Positions 27,491 to 37,045 of a DNA stretch of 47,243 bases are shown one piece after another. Within the stretch, counting starts at the first letter, position 1; each line of letters opens with the position of its first letter. Position numbers and translations under genes: made by a program. Below the pieces are notes generated by a model. The model was given only the letters and a program-made list of their open reading frames with translations. It was not told where the DNA came from and made no database searches. This DNA comes from an uncultured Bacillota bacterium (GTDB lineage: Bacteria > Bacillota_I > Bacilli_A > RFN20 > CAG-826): NCBI GenBank assembly GCA_946623775.1, contig CAMORJ010000002.1, forward strand, positions 1-47,243, read 5' to 3'.

Positions 27491-27530
27491 AACAAATAAA
27501 GCCCCGACTGAATCGAGGCTTCTTTTTCGT
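27491..27530. terminator. bidirectional intrinsic terminator (tRNA-Arg on minus, plus-strand read-through)
   Basis: Hairpin AGCCCCGA-CTGAA-TCGAGGCT (27500..27520). It is followed by TCTTTTTCG on the plus strand and by TTATTTGTT on the minus strand. Confidence 0.7.
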
Positions 27531-27607
27531 TGGCGCGCCCGAGGTGATTCGAACACCTTACCCACAGCTTAGAAGGCTGTTGCTCTATCCAGGTGAGCTA
27601 CGGGCGC
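27531..27607 (-). tRNA. tRNA-Arg (anticodon UCU), CCA encoded
   Basis: The 77-nt cloverleaf was folded by hand. Acceptor stem is GCGCCCG/CGGGCGC, D arm is GCTC..GAGC, and the anticodon arm is ACAGC-CTTCTAA-GCTGT. T arm is AGGTG-TTCGAAT-CACCT, followed by discriminator G and CCA. Confidence 0.93.
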
Positions 27608-27616
27608 AGCGGAAAT

Positions 27617-27645
27617 AATATATCGACTTAAGGCCTTTATTTCAA
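27617..27645 (-). promoter_or_regulatory. promoter of tRNA-Arg (TTGAAA-17-TATATT)
   Basis: Hexamers at 27645..27640 and 27622..27617. The -10 box ends 9 nt before tRNA position 1. Confidence 0.55.
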
Positions 27646-27658
27646 TAGCCGTGCGCAT

Positions 27659-29422
27659 TTAGGAATGCAGTTTTTCGTATAGGGCCTTTGCGCTTTCTTC
27701 CGGGATCACCTGCGACAGTTCGTCAACGCTTGCGGACATCAAAGCATCGATGGAGGGATAGTGTCGGTTCAGGATTTCCCTTCTTTTGGGCCCTATGCCG
27801 TCAATACCGTCAAAAAGATCGCTCGTCATCGACTTTCCCCTTAAAGATCGGTGGAAGGAAATCGCGAATCGGTGCACTTCGTCTTGCATCCTCATCAGCA
27901 AGAAGAACAAAGGCGATTTGGAATCGATGGGGTAAGTATTGCCTTCCGCATCGATTAGGCCCGCGGTCTCATGCTTATCGTTTTTATACAATCCGAAAAC
28001 AGGGAAATGGACATCGACTTCCGCGAATGCTTCCATGCATGCATGGACTTGGGTAAGCCCACCATCCGCAAGCAGCAGATCAGGCATATCCAGGCCTTCT
28101 TCTTTAAGCCTGCCGTATCGCCTTGCCACCACTTCCTTCATGGAATGATAGTCATCGCCGGCGTTTTCTTCGGAAAGATGGAATTTCCGGTACATCTTCT
28201 TCGCCGGCTTCCCGTTGATGTAGCAAACCATCGCGCCAACCGGATTGGAGCCTTGAAGGTGTGAGTTATCGAATAATTCAATTCGATAAGGCGTATCAAT
28301 GCGCAATAACCTGCCAAGCTCTTCCAACAAGGCATTGGAATCATCCTCTAGACGCGCTGACATGAAATGCGAATCCAATCCTTGCCTAGCGTTTAATTCG
28401 GCAAGCTGGACGGCATCCATCAGCCTTCCTTCTTGAGGCAAGACAACGTTCAATCCGTCGAACTCCTCTTCTAATGTTTCTTGGATGCTCTTCAATCTGC
28501 AAACGACCTCTTTCGGCAACTCGTGATTGGAATAGTATTGCTCAACAAGATCGAGGATTTGGGAATCGATTTCCCCAAAAGCAGGAACCACGTGCACGCT
28601 TTTTCCAAGTAATCTGCCCCTGCGGTAAGTCAAAATCGAGAGGCTGCGGTAACCGTCCCTTTCCGCATACGCGAAAACATCGCGAGAGGTATTGTCGGTG
28701 GTGATTTCGACATTCTGCTTTGAGGTGATGTATTCCAACGCGTCAAGCGTCTTTTTGTATTCGGCCGCGGATTCGTAGTCCATTCGTTCGGAAGCATCCA
28801 GCATCTTCTCACGGATTTTCGCTTTCGCTTCCGAGGTGTCGCCATTTAGGAATTTCTTGATTTGGATATAAAGGTTTTCCGCGACATCATCGGGGATTTT
28901 TTCGATGCATGGCGCTAGGCACTGCCCCATTGAATAATAAATGCACGGGCGCGTTGGGATGTTTCTGCATTTCCTGGTCGGATAGATTTTGTTCAGCAGG
29001 TCGATTACCTCGTAGACGGAAGAGCTGTTTGGGAAAGGGCCGAAATAGAAATAATTGTTGTCCTTGGTCGACCTGGCGATTTTCAGCAGCGGATCCCTGT
29101 GCCTCTTCAAAGCGATGTAGGGGTAATGCGAATCGTCCATCAGCATGATGTTGTAACGCGGGTAATGCGTTTGGATGAGATTCATCTCCAAGATGAGGGA
29201 TTCCTTTTCGGAGTTCACCAAGATGGTATCGAAATGATCGACGTGGGAAACCATCGCGGCGACTTTGCCTTCCTGCGGGCGCAAAAAATACTGGGAGACC
29301 CTCTTTTTCAGGCTCTTGGCTTTTCCGATATAGATGATTTTGCCGTCTTTGTCCTTCATCAGATAGCAGCCTGGCTTATCCGGAAGGAGAGCGATAAGAC
29401 GTTGCAGTTTCTCGGAAATCAT
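27659..29422 (-). CDS. uvrC: excinuclease ABC subunit C
   Basis: 587-aa ORF with a GIY-YIG N-domain (GCYLMKDKDGKIIYIGKA), a UVR domain and a C-terminal (HhH)2. It overlaps the mutS2 stop by 4 bp. Confidence 0.95.
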   Translation of the reverse strand: MISEKLQRLIALLPDKPGCYLMKDKDGKIIYIGKAKSLKKRVSQYFLRPQEGKVAAMVSHVDHFDTILVNSEKESLILEMNLIQTHYPRYNIMLMDDSHYPYIALKRHRDPLLKIARSTKDNNYFYFGPFPNSSSVYEVIDLLNKIYPTRKCRNIPTRPCIYYSMGQCLAPCIEKIPDDVAENLYIQIKKFLNGDTSEAKAKIREKMLDASERMDYESAAEYKKTLDALEYITSKQNVEITTDNTSRDVFAYAERDGYRSLSILTYRRGRLLGKSVHVVPAFGEIDSQILDLVEQYYSNHELPKEVVCRLKSIQETLEEEFDGLNVVLPQEGRLMDAVQLAELNARQGLDSHFMSARLEDDSNALLEELGRLLRIDTPYRIELFDNSHLQGSNPVGAMVCYINGKPAKKMYRKFHLSEENAGDDYHSMKEVVARRYGRLKEEGLDMPDLLLADGGLTQVHACMEAFAEVDVHFPVFGLYKNDKHETAGLIDAEGNTYPIDSKSPLFFLLMRMQDEVHRFAISFHRSLRGKSMTSDLFDGIDGIGPKRREILNRHYPSIDALMSASVDELSQVIPEESAKALYEKLHS

Positions 29423-31758
29423 TTTAGATGAACCACCGTGGCGCCGCCGCCGCCCTCATATTCGCCTGCTTGCTCAAACGATTCGACAAAGGATGAATGG
29501 GATTTCAAATACGCTTCCACCGCTTTTCGCAATGCGCCAGACCCAAAGCCATGGATGATGCGGACGCGTTTGAATCCCTTCAAGCGGCACCTATCGAGAT
29601 AGCGATCGACCTCCAAAGTGGCCTCATCGACATGCATCCCGATCAAATTGAGTTCCAACCCTACAGACGGCGAAGTCCCTGCTTGGTCCAAAACCGCCCC
29701 GCGCATCGAAACTATTTTTTCCTCAGGCTTTGGTATCTTGATGACTTTTTCCTTCTTGGTATTAATGGTCAAGCCAGCCGAAGTTGAAATCTGTATGTTG
29801 CTTCCCTGCAGCCTAGTGACCTTTCCTTCAATGCCTAATCCAGGCGCCTTGACATAATCGCCAAGTTCGATTTCGTCCGAATAGGTTTCTTCTTCACGGG
29901 AAACCGAAAGCGCCTCCAGCTTTTTCCTAGCCTCAATGATTTCGTGCTGCTTCACGCCAGGGTGGTTGATCTGCTCAAAAATCTCGGTGATTTTCTTTCG
30001 GGCCTCTTCTAACATCTCTTCCCTTTTCTCAGCAGCGTCTTCGTAAAGCCTCTCCTGACGCATGGCAAGGTCTTTTTGCTGACCTGCAAGCCGCCTTTCT
30101 TGGGTTGCGAGTTGCTTTTCCCTTCTTTCAAGTTCTCCGCGCAGCTGCGCGTTCTCCCTGGTCAGGGCCTCAAGCTTTCCGATTGCTTTGGTGAGGGAAA
30201 TATCCTGCTTCGATTCGATTGTTTTGAGCGCGCGGTCGATGATTTCCTGATTGAGCCCGAATCTTGCCGCTACGCTCAAACCATAGGATTCGCCCGGCAA
30301 ACCCATTTGGAGGATATAGGTAGGCAAGAGATGCTCGGAATCAAATAGCATCGATGCGTTCGCGACCCCCTCTTTTGACAACGCATATGCCTTCAGCCCT
30401 TCAAAGTGAGAGGAAACAAGGGCATAGCAATGCTTTTTCAGCAAGAATTCCAGAATGGCCATCGCCAATGCCTCTCCCTCTTTTGGGCTGGTTCCTGTCC
30501 CGACTTCGTCCAAGAGGACCAAATCCTTTCCGCCCAAAGAGGAAGTGATTTCGGCGATATTCTTCATATGCGCAGAAAAAGTGGAGAGGTTATCGGAAAT
30601 CGATTGTCCATCGCCGATGTCGAGGTAGATGCGCTTGAAATACGGCAGCTCTGCGCCCAGCCCACATGGGAGCATCATGCCGCACTCAAACATCAAAGCG
30701 CAGATGGCGATGGTCTTAAGCGCAACGGTTTTGCCGCCGGCATTTGGGCCGGATATAACGACGATTTTGCGGTTGGATTTTAATTCAAAATCATTTGCGA
30801 CCACTGTTGATTGGTCTAAAAGCGGATGGCGCGCAGCCGGAAGATACAGGGAGAAGTCATCGCTTATCATGGCTACGTGGCAATGAAGCGACTCGCCATA
30901 CAAGGCTTTGCCTTGCAGCAAATCCAAATAGCCAAGTTTGCGATTGGCTTCCGTCAACGGCTCCGCGTTCTCCGCGACCATGGCGGATAGCATTAGGAGC
31001 AATCTGTGGATCTCATCGCGCTCGGCGATGCGGAGTTCCGCCATCTTATTGTTGAGATTCACGATTTCCTCGGGTTCGATGAACGTCGTGCCGCCAGAAT
31101 TAGAAATATCTTGGATGATGCCTTTCACTTTTGCCTTATAGGCGTTTGCGACGGGCAAAACATAATGACCATTTCTGAACGTTAATGTCTCATCGCTCAA
31201 ATATTCGCGATTGGAGGACAAAATCGCCATGGCGCGCTCGGAAATCTCCCTTTCCAATTTAGCGATGCCATAGCGAATCTTTTTCAATTCCGGAGAGGCG
31301 TTGTCGTAAATAGAAAGGTCGGGCGCGATAATCCTGTGGATGCTCTCTTCGATGAATGCGATATTCGGGAGGCTCGCGACATATTCTTTGAGTTCTTCAC
31401 GTCCTTCCACTTGAACCATGAAGCGTTTAATGTCGGAGACGCTTGTGCAAAGAGAAGCGACATGCTCCAGTTCTTCCACCGCCATCATAGAGCCTTTTGA
31501 CGCCAAAGCGATGGGCTGCTCAAGATCCTGTCCAATATTCATCGGCATTTTGCCGTACGAAGATAACAAAGTAGAGGCTTCATCGAGCATTTTTAATTCT
31601 TTGCGAAGCCTATCTTCGCCTAAAGGCGATAGCGATAAGGCTATTCTCTTCGCCCTTTCGCCGCGGCAAAAAGAAGCGAGAGTCTCGCGGACGACATCGA
31701 ATTCCAATACCTTTGCGACGTCTTGCATAGCAAGAGGATTATACACTGAGCAACTCAA
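29419..31758 (-). CDS. mutS2: endonuclease MutS2 (MutS ATPase plus C-terminal Smr domain)
   Basis: It has Walker A GPNAGGKT and the Smr motif (IIHGFGSGALR). The ORF-track start at 31758 is a TTG. The ATG at 31728 (MQDVAKVLEFD) is the more likely start by comparison with MutS2 N-termini. Confidence 0.93.
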   Translation of the reverse strand: MSCSVYNPLAMQDVAKVLEFDVVRETLASFCRGERAKRIALSLSPLGEDRLRKELKMLDEASTLLSSYGKMPMNIGQDLEQPIALASKGSMMAVEELEHVASLCTSVSDIKRFMVQVEGREELKEYVASLPNIAFIEESIHRIIAPDLSIYDNASPELKKIRYGIAKLEREISERAMAILSSNREYLSDETLTFRNGHYVLPVANAYKAKVKGIIQDISNSGGTTFIEPEEIVNLNNKMAELRIAERDEIHRLLLMLSAMVAENAEPLTEANRKLGYLDLLQGKALYGESLHCHVAMISDDFSLYLPAARHPLLDQSTVVANDFELKSNRKIVVISGPNAGGKTVALKTIAICALMFECGMMLPCGLGAELPYFKRIYLDIGDGQSISDNLSTFSAHMKNIAEITSSLGGKDLVLLDEVGTGTSPKEGEALAMAILEFLLKKHCYALVSSHFEGLKAYALSKEGVANASMLFDSEHLLPTYILQMGLPGESYGLSVAARFGLNQEIIDRALKTIESKQDISLTKAIGKLEALTRENAQLRGELERREKQLATQERRLAGQQKDLAMRQERLYEDAAEKREEMLEEARKKITEIFEQINHPGVKQHEIIEARKKLEALSVSREEETYSDEIELGDYVKAPGLGIEGKVTRLQGSNIQISTSAGLTINTKKEKVIKIPKPEEKIVSMRGAVLDQAGTSPSVGLELNLIGMHVDEATLEVDRYLDRCRLKGFKRVRIIHGFGSGALRKAVEAYLKSHSSFVESFEQAGEYEGGGGATVVHLK

Positions 31759-31798
31759 AAACTCACATATACGCTTTCGATTGCGTTATCATAATCCC

Positions 31799-32710
31799 AT
31801 GGCGAGCAATTCCGTTTCCCTATTGGCAAATGACATCATGATCGAAAAGATGATGTCGTTTTATGGCGCCGTACCAACCGCACCCGAAGAAGCCATTCTT
31901 TTCAGCGTGAAATCCGTGGATACGAGAATCACCTGCTATCGCAAAACGCATAACGGTTTAAGGAAAGTCCTTTTCCAAGGATCCGACGCCGAATACGAAG
32001 CAAGAATCTGGGGCTACGTCCCTGAACCAAAAAAGAAAAAAGAAGAGGGACGTGTATCGAAATTCGTTGATGAAAGCATTGGCTCTGACGAAGTGGGTAC
32101 CGGCGACTTCTTCGGCCCGGTATGCGTCTGCGCCGCTTACGTCAACCCTGACATCGAAAAGCTATTGCAGTTCCTTGGGGTGACCGATTCCAAAAAAATG
32201 ACCGACGAGAGGATTCGTCAAATTGCCCCTACGCTTTTGGCAGAAGTCCCCTACTCACAGCTAAGCCTTCCAAATGACAAATACAATGAAGTCGTTGCTT
32301 CTGGCCTTAATATGAATGCAATCAAGGCGAAGATGCACAACCGCTGCTTGCTTAACCTTAAAGCGAAATATCCGGGCGCAAAGCCATTCATGGACCAGTT
32401 CGCCGAGCCGCGCCTTTACTATTCATATTTGAAGAGTGAGGAAGAGGTTCTTCGCGACATCACTTTCTCCACCAAAGGCGAATTGGCATTCCCAAGCGTT
32501 GCCGCCGGTTCGGTTTTAGCGCGTTATTCATTTCTGAGGAAAATGGATTCCCTCAGTGAGCAATATGGTTTGGATATCCCATTTGGAGCAGGCGCTGACG
32601 TTGACGAATTCGCTTTGAAATTCGTGGAGCAATTTGGGCTGGATGAATTAAAGAAAATCACGAAGCAGAACTTCGCGAATTTCAAACGTATTCTGAGTTT
32701 AATCAACTAA
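31799..32710 (+). CDS. rnhC: ribonuclease HIII
   Basis: 303 aa from the ATG at 31799. The N-terminal domain aligns from residue 1 with Bacillus RnhC, and the catalytic motif GSDEVGTGDFFGP is present. The ORF-track extension back to 31418 is antisense to mutS2. Confidence 0.9.
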   Translation: MASNSVSLLANDIMIEKMMSFYGAVPTAPEEAILFSVKSVDTRITCYRKTHNGLRKVLFQGSDAEYEARIWGYVPEPKKKKEEGRVSKFVDESIGSDEVGTGDFFGPVCVCAAYVNPDIEKLLQFLGVTDSKKMTDERIRQIAPTLLAEVPYSQLSLPNDKYNEVVASGLNMNAIKAKMHNRCLLNLKAKYPGAKPFMDQFAEPRLYYSYLKSEEEVLRDITFSTKGELAFPSVAAGSVLARYSFLRKMDSLSEQYGLDIPFGAGADVDEFALKFVEQFGLDELKKITKQNFANFKRILSLIN

Positions 32711-33607
32711 GCCATCCAAGACGGCTTTGAAATGTTCGGGAAGCGGCGCTTCGAAGCTCACTTCTTTTTTTGTGCTGGGGTGGATGAAGCTGAGGCGGAA
32801 GGCATGGAGAAGCTGCCCGTCTTTATAGAGCTTTTTGTTGGTGTTCCCATATAAGGGGTCTCCGATGACAGGGTGATGTATATATTCCATGTGAACGCGG
32901 ATCTGGTGTGTCCTTCCCGTTTGCAAGCGGCAGGAAATCAAAGTGCAATTGGAGCCGCGATACCTCTTCTCGACATGGAAAAACGTGACGGCTTCTTTAC
33001 CATCTAAGTCAACGCAGTTTTTCGTGGGATGGTTTCTATCTCTTGCGATGGGAGCGTCGATTTTTCCATCTTCTTCCGGAATGATGCCTTCAACCAAAGC
33101 GATGTATTCGCGGTGCATCGTATGGCTGGAAAGCTGATTGGAAAGCGATAGGAATGCGGCTTCGGTTTTGGCAATCGCCAATAAGCCGCTGGTGTCTTTG
33201 TCGATGCGATGCACGATGCCGGGTCGATAATTCTCGCCGGTGTCGGCTAGGGGTTTGGAATGACAGATCCAAGCGTTGACGAGCGTTCCTTCATGATGCC
33301 CGTTTCCAGGATGCACGACCAGTCCGGCGGGTTTATTGATCACGATGACGTCTTCGTCTTCGTAAACGATGTCCAAAGCGATGTCCTCGCCTTGCAATTC
33401 AGTCGTCGGAACTGGGACATCCTCATAGGTCACCACATCGTCTTCTTCCAAAATGAAATGCGGTTTCACCGCTTTTCCGTTGACAAATACCTTTCCGTCT
33501 TTTATGTGCTTTGCGCCACGCGATCTCGATAAGCAAAGACCGCGAGCGAAAAACACCTCATCCAGGCGTTTGCCCTGCTCTTCTATGGTGACGACGAATT
33601 TATTCAT
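32699..33607 (-). CDS. rluD: 23S rRNA pseudouridine synthase, RluA family (RluD-like) with S4 domain
   Basis: It has the catalytic motif HRIDKDTSGLL. The ATG at 33607 has a GGAGG SD and overlaps the lspA stop by 8 nt. The lspA-rluD order matches Bacillus. Confidence 0.88.
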   Translation of the reverse strand: MNKFVVTIEEQGKRLDEVFFARGLCLSRSRGAKHIKDGKVFVNGKAVKPHFILEEDDVVTYEDVPVPTTELQGEDIALDIVYEDEDVIVINKPAGLVVHPGNGHHEGTLVNAWICHSKPLADTGENYRPGIVHRIDKDTSGLLAIAKTEAAFLSLSNQLSSHTMHREYIALVEGIIPEEDGKIDAPIARDRNHPTKNCVDLDGKEAVTFFHVEKRYRGSNCTLISCRLQTGRTHQIRVHMEYIHHPVIGDPLYGNTNKKLYKDGQLLHAFRLSFIHPSTKKEVSFEAPLPEHFKAVLDGLVD

Positions 33608-34325
33608 TCGCCTCCCCTTCTTCGGCAACGGGATCCTCAGTGGGCTTTTCTTCCACCGCCTCTTCCGAGTTGGCGGCTTGAGCCTGTTCTTCTTCCAATT
33701 GGCGCCTTGCCTCTTCCACTAAACGCGGATCGACTTCCAGTTCATCGGGTTCGGGGTGTTTGACGAAATCGACGATGAACAAAACAATCAGCATGACGAC
33801 GCCGACGGTCAAATAGGCGTCTGCAAAGTTGAAATCCGCAAAGGGGTTCACCCAATTCACGGGAGCGCCAGGCCCTCCGCCCAAATAGAACTGGAGGAAA
33901 TCGATGACCCCATCGAATCCGGTGATGGCGTTCCAATAGAAGGCACGGTCGATCAAATTGCCGATAGCGCCGCTTGCCAAAAGCATGGCGCACGCCCTAT
34001 CCCAATTGGAAAAGTCGTCATTGTTCTTGATCCAATACCAGATGATGCCGGCCGACATGACCAACGAGATGGTGATGTTGATGATACGCCTCGGGACAAC
34101 TGGGATGCTGCTGCCCCAAGAGAAGGCAACGGCCGTGTTATAGCTCTTCGTGATATAGAAGAAATTCGGAATGACCGGGATCGGATTGTCGCCCGCGAAC
34201 GCCTGCACAAGCCATTTGGATGCGAAATCGAGAACCAGCAAAGCAAAAGCCGCGGCCGCGAAGATGATCAACATCTTCAGGGCTTTGGCCTTTTCTTCTG
34301 GAGAAAGCCGTTTTTCTTCTGCCAT
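33600..34325 (-). CDS. lspA: lipoprotein signal peptidase II with long acidic C-terminal tail
   Basis: It has the motifs YNTAVAFSWG and GAIGNLIDR. The ATG at 34325 shares one base with the ileS stop (TAATG), and a GGAGG SD lies within the ileS 3' end. Confidence 0.88.
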   Translation of the reverse strand: MAEEKRLSPEEKAKALKMLIIFAAAAFALLVLDFASKWLVQAFAGDNPIPVIPNFFYITKSYNTAVAFSWGSSIPVVPRRIINITISLVMSAGIIWYWIKNNDDFSNWDRACAMLLASGAIGNLIDRAFYWNAITGFDGVIDFLQFYLGGGPGAPVNWVNPFADFNFADAYLTVGVVMLIVLFIVDFVKHPEPDELEVDPRLVEEARRQLEEEQAQAANSEEAVEEKPTEDPVAEEGEANE

Positions 34326-37045
34326 TAGTTTTCCTCCACGGCTTCTAAGCAACGCCCGCAGATCGAGTCTCCGTCATGCTCATGCAATTCGCCAACATGG
34401 TTGCGGCATCTTGCGCAGACGGGCTGCTCGCTGACTTTGACTTCGCAAAGGTCTTCTTTGCCAACCGCAAAAGAGCATTTGCTGACGATGAAGTATTTCG
34501 AAAGAGCCTCATTTCCCTCCATCTCGAGCAAGGAATAAAGCAATTCCGAAGACACCGTTAGATTGATTTCGGCATCCGAGGAGGAGCCGATAAGGCCATT
34601 GGCCCTGGCTTCTTCAAGGGACTTCAAAGCGACGGAACGAAGGTTCTTGAACGCGACGAACATGGAAATCATGCTCTCATCGAAAGAGTGCGAGACCTTC
34701 GGCATGGATTCGAGTTGGACGAATTCCTTCTTTTCGCCAGGGAGATAGCCATAGACTTCTTCCATGGTGAAGGGAAGGATTGGGTTGAGCAGCAGGCAAA
34801 GCTGCTTGGCGCAGCGGTAAATGACGTATTGGATCGCCTTCCTGCGGACCGAGGTCTTTTTGTCGCAATAGAGAACATCCTTGCTGATATCGAGGTAGAA
34901 GGCGCTCAAATCACCCGCCATAAAGGGGATGATGGCATTCAAAACGCCGGAGAAATCGTATTTGTCATAGCAGGAAAGCGCGCGGTTCTTGACCTGCTCC
35001 AATTGAGCCAACACGAATCGATCGACCAAGGAAAGGTCGGTGAGTTCCAATTCAAGCGAAGGGTCGAACTCGTTGAGGTTCCCGAGCATGAATTTGAATG
35101 TATTGCGGATCTTCCTGTAGTTGTCCACGCCATTGGAGATGATGCGTTCGGAAATCCTGGCGTCGGCCTGATAATCGACCGATGCAGCCCACAAGCGGAG
35201 GATGTCGGCGCCATATTCGGCGGCGATCTTGTTCGGATCGATGCCGTTGCCGGCGGATTTGGACATCTTCTGCCATTGCTCATCCATGACGAAGCCATGA
35301 GTCAAGCAGGTTTCGAAAGGCGCCATGCCGGAATAAGCGACGGATAGAATCAAGGAGCTGTTGAACCAGCCGCGATATTGATCATTGCCCTCGAGATAGA
35401 GATCGGCGGGATACTTCATGCCCCTCTCGTTTAGCACGCCATTCCAGCTGGAGCCGGAATCGAACCAAACATCCATGATGTCGGTTTCTTTGGTGAATCC
35501 GCCATGGGGGGAGGCGGGATTATGATAGCCGTCAGGCAGCAATTCGGCTGCCGAGGCGGTGAACCAGATGTTGGAGCCATGTTTGGCGACGAGGTCGCGG
35601 ATATGGCGGAAAACGGCTTCTTCCAAAATCGGGGAACCGTCTTCGTTATAGATGATGGGAAGGGGGACGCCCCAAGCTCTTTGACGCGAAATGCACCAGT
35701 CGCCGCGGTCTTTGATCATGTTGACCATCTTGGTTTCGCCCCAGGCCGGGACCCATTTGATCTTCTTGACCGCATCCAAAAGCTGAGCGCGGATCGGCTC
35801 AATGGAGCAGAACCACTGCGGCGTCGCGCGGAAGATGACCGGCTTTTTGGTGCGCCAGTCATGAGGATAGCTATGGACGATGTCGACTTCTTTTAGCAAA
35901 TGGCCGTTGGCCTCGAGCAGCTCAACGACTTTGTCATTGGCCTCTTCGTAGAACAATCCGTTGACGGGGTCGCCTTCTTCGACGCGGAGGATGCCGTGCT
36001 CATCGACGGGGCAGAACGGCTTGATGCCGTATTTGGCGCAGGCATTGAAGTCATCGACGCCATGGTCAGGCGCGGTATGGACGCATCCAGTGCCGGAATC
36101 CTCGGTGACGAAGGAAGCAAGAATCAGTTCCGAAGAGCGGTTGTACAATGGGTGTTTGGCGAGGACGTGCTCCAATTCTTGGCCTTTGAAGGATTTGATG
36201 AGGTCGCATTTCTCGAAGCCAAGCTCTTCTTTCAGCTTTTCGGCCAGCGAAACCAAGAAGACGAATTTGCCCTTCTCGGTATCGAATAGGCCATAGTCGA
36301 AGCGCGGATTCAAAGTGATGGCAAGGTTGGCAGGGATGGTCCAAGGGGTCGTGGTCCAGATGATGATTTTGGCATCGGAAGGCAAAACGCCTTTGCCGTC
36401 GAGCAAATCGAAATAGACGTACATCGTCTTAGCGGGGACGTCATGGTATTCGATTTCGGCTTCGGCAAGAGCGGATTCCGAGCTCGGGGACCAGTAAACG
36501 GGCTTGACGCCTTTAAAGATGAGCCCCTTCAAAGCCATCGCGGCGAAGACATCGATTTGGCGAGCCTCGTATTCGGCTTTCAAAGTCAAATACGGCTCAT
36601 CGTAATCGCCGATGCAGCCAAGGCGCTGGATCTGCGCTTTCTGCCTTTCGACTTGGGTATAGGCATATTCTTCGCACTTTTTGCGGAATTCCTCGACGGG
36701 GATGGCTTTGCGATTGACGCCGGACTTGGTCACTTTGACCTCGATCGGCAAGCCATGGGTGTCCCAGCCGAAGACGAAAGGCGTGCGGAATCCCGCCATG
36801 TTTTTGTAGCGGATCACGAAATCCTTGAGGCAGCGGTTCAATGCATGGCCGCAGTGGATATCGCCATTTGCATAAGGCGGACCATCATGGAGCATGAACT
36901 CCGGGCAATCGACGCGATTCTCGTTCATCTTGCGGTAGACTTCGCCTTCAAGCCAACGTTTAACCAAAACGGGCTCTTTTTGCGCCAAACCCGCACGCAT
37001 CGGGAATTCGGTAACGGGCATCAGCAATGTTTCTTTTAGGGACAT
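34325..37045 (-). CDS. ileS: isoleucine--tRNA ligase
   Basis: 906 aa from the ATG at 37045 (MSLKETLLMP) with a GGAGGG SD. It has the motifs PYANGDIHCGH and KMSKS and a C-terminal Zn-binding CxxC...CxxC. The ORF-track extension runs through the T-box. Confidence 0.96.
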   Translation of the reverse strand: MSLKETLLMPVTEFPMRAGLAQKEPVLVKRWLEGEVYRKMNENRVDCPEFMLHDGPPYANGDIHCGHALNRCLKDFVIRYKNMAGFRTPFVFGWDTHGLPIEVKVTKSGVNRKAIPVEEFRKKCEEYAYTQVERQKAQIQRLGCIGDYDEPYLTLKAEYEARQIDVFAAMALKGLIFKGVKPVYWSPSSESALAEAEIEYHDVPAKTMYVYFDLLDGKGVLPSDAKIIIWTTTPWTIPANLAITLNPRFDYGLFDTEKGKFVFLVSLAEKLKEELGFEKCDLIKSFKGQELEHVLAKHPLYNRSSELILASFVTEDSGTGCVHTAPDHGVDDFNACAKYGIKPFCPVDEHGILRVEEGDPVNGLFYEEANDKVVELLEANGHLLKEVDIVHSYPHDWRTKKPVIFRATPQWFCSIEPIRAQLLDAVKKIKWVPAWGETKMVNMIKDRGDWCISRQRAWGVPLPIIYNEDGSPILEEAVFRHIRDLVAKHGSNIWFTASAAELLPDGYHNPASPHGGFTKETDIMDVWFDSGSSWNGVLNERGMKYPADLYLEGNDQYRGWFNSSLILSVAYSGMAPFETCLTHGFVMDEQWQKMSKSAGNGIDPNKIAAEYGADILRLWAASVDYQADARISERIISNGVDNYRKIRNTFKFMLGNLNEFDPSLELELTDLSLVDRFVLAQLEQVKNRALSCYDKYDFSGVLNAIIPFMAGDLSAFYLDISKDVLYCDKKTSVRRKAIQYVIYRCAKQLCLLLNPILPFTMEEVYGYLPGEKKEFVQLESMPKVSHSFDESMISMFVAFKNLRSVALKSLEEARANGLIGSSSDAEINLTVSSELLYSLLEMEGNEALSKYFIVSKCSFAVGKEDLCEVKVSEQPVCARCRNHVGELHEHDGDSICGRCLEAVEEN

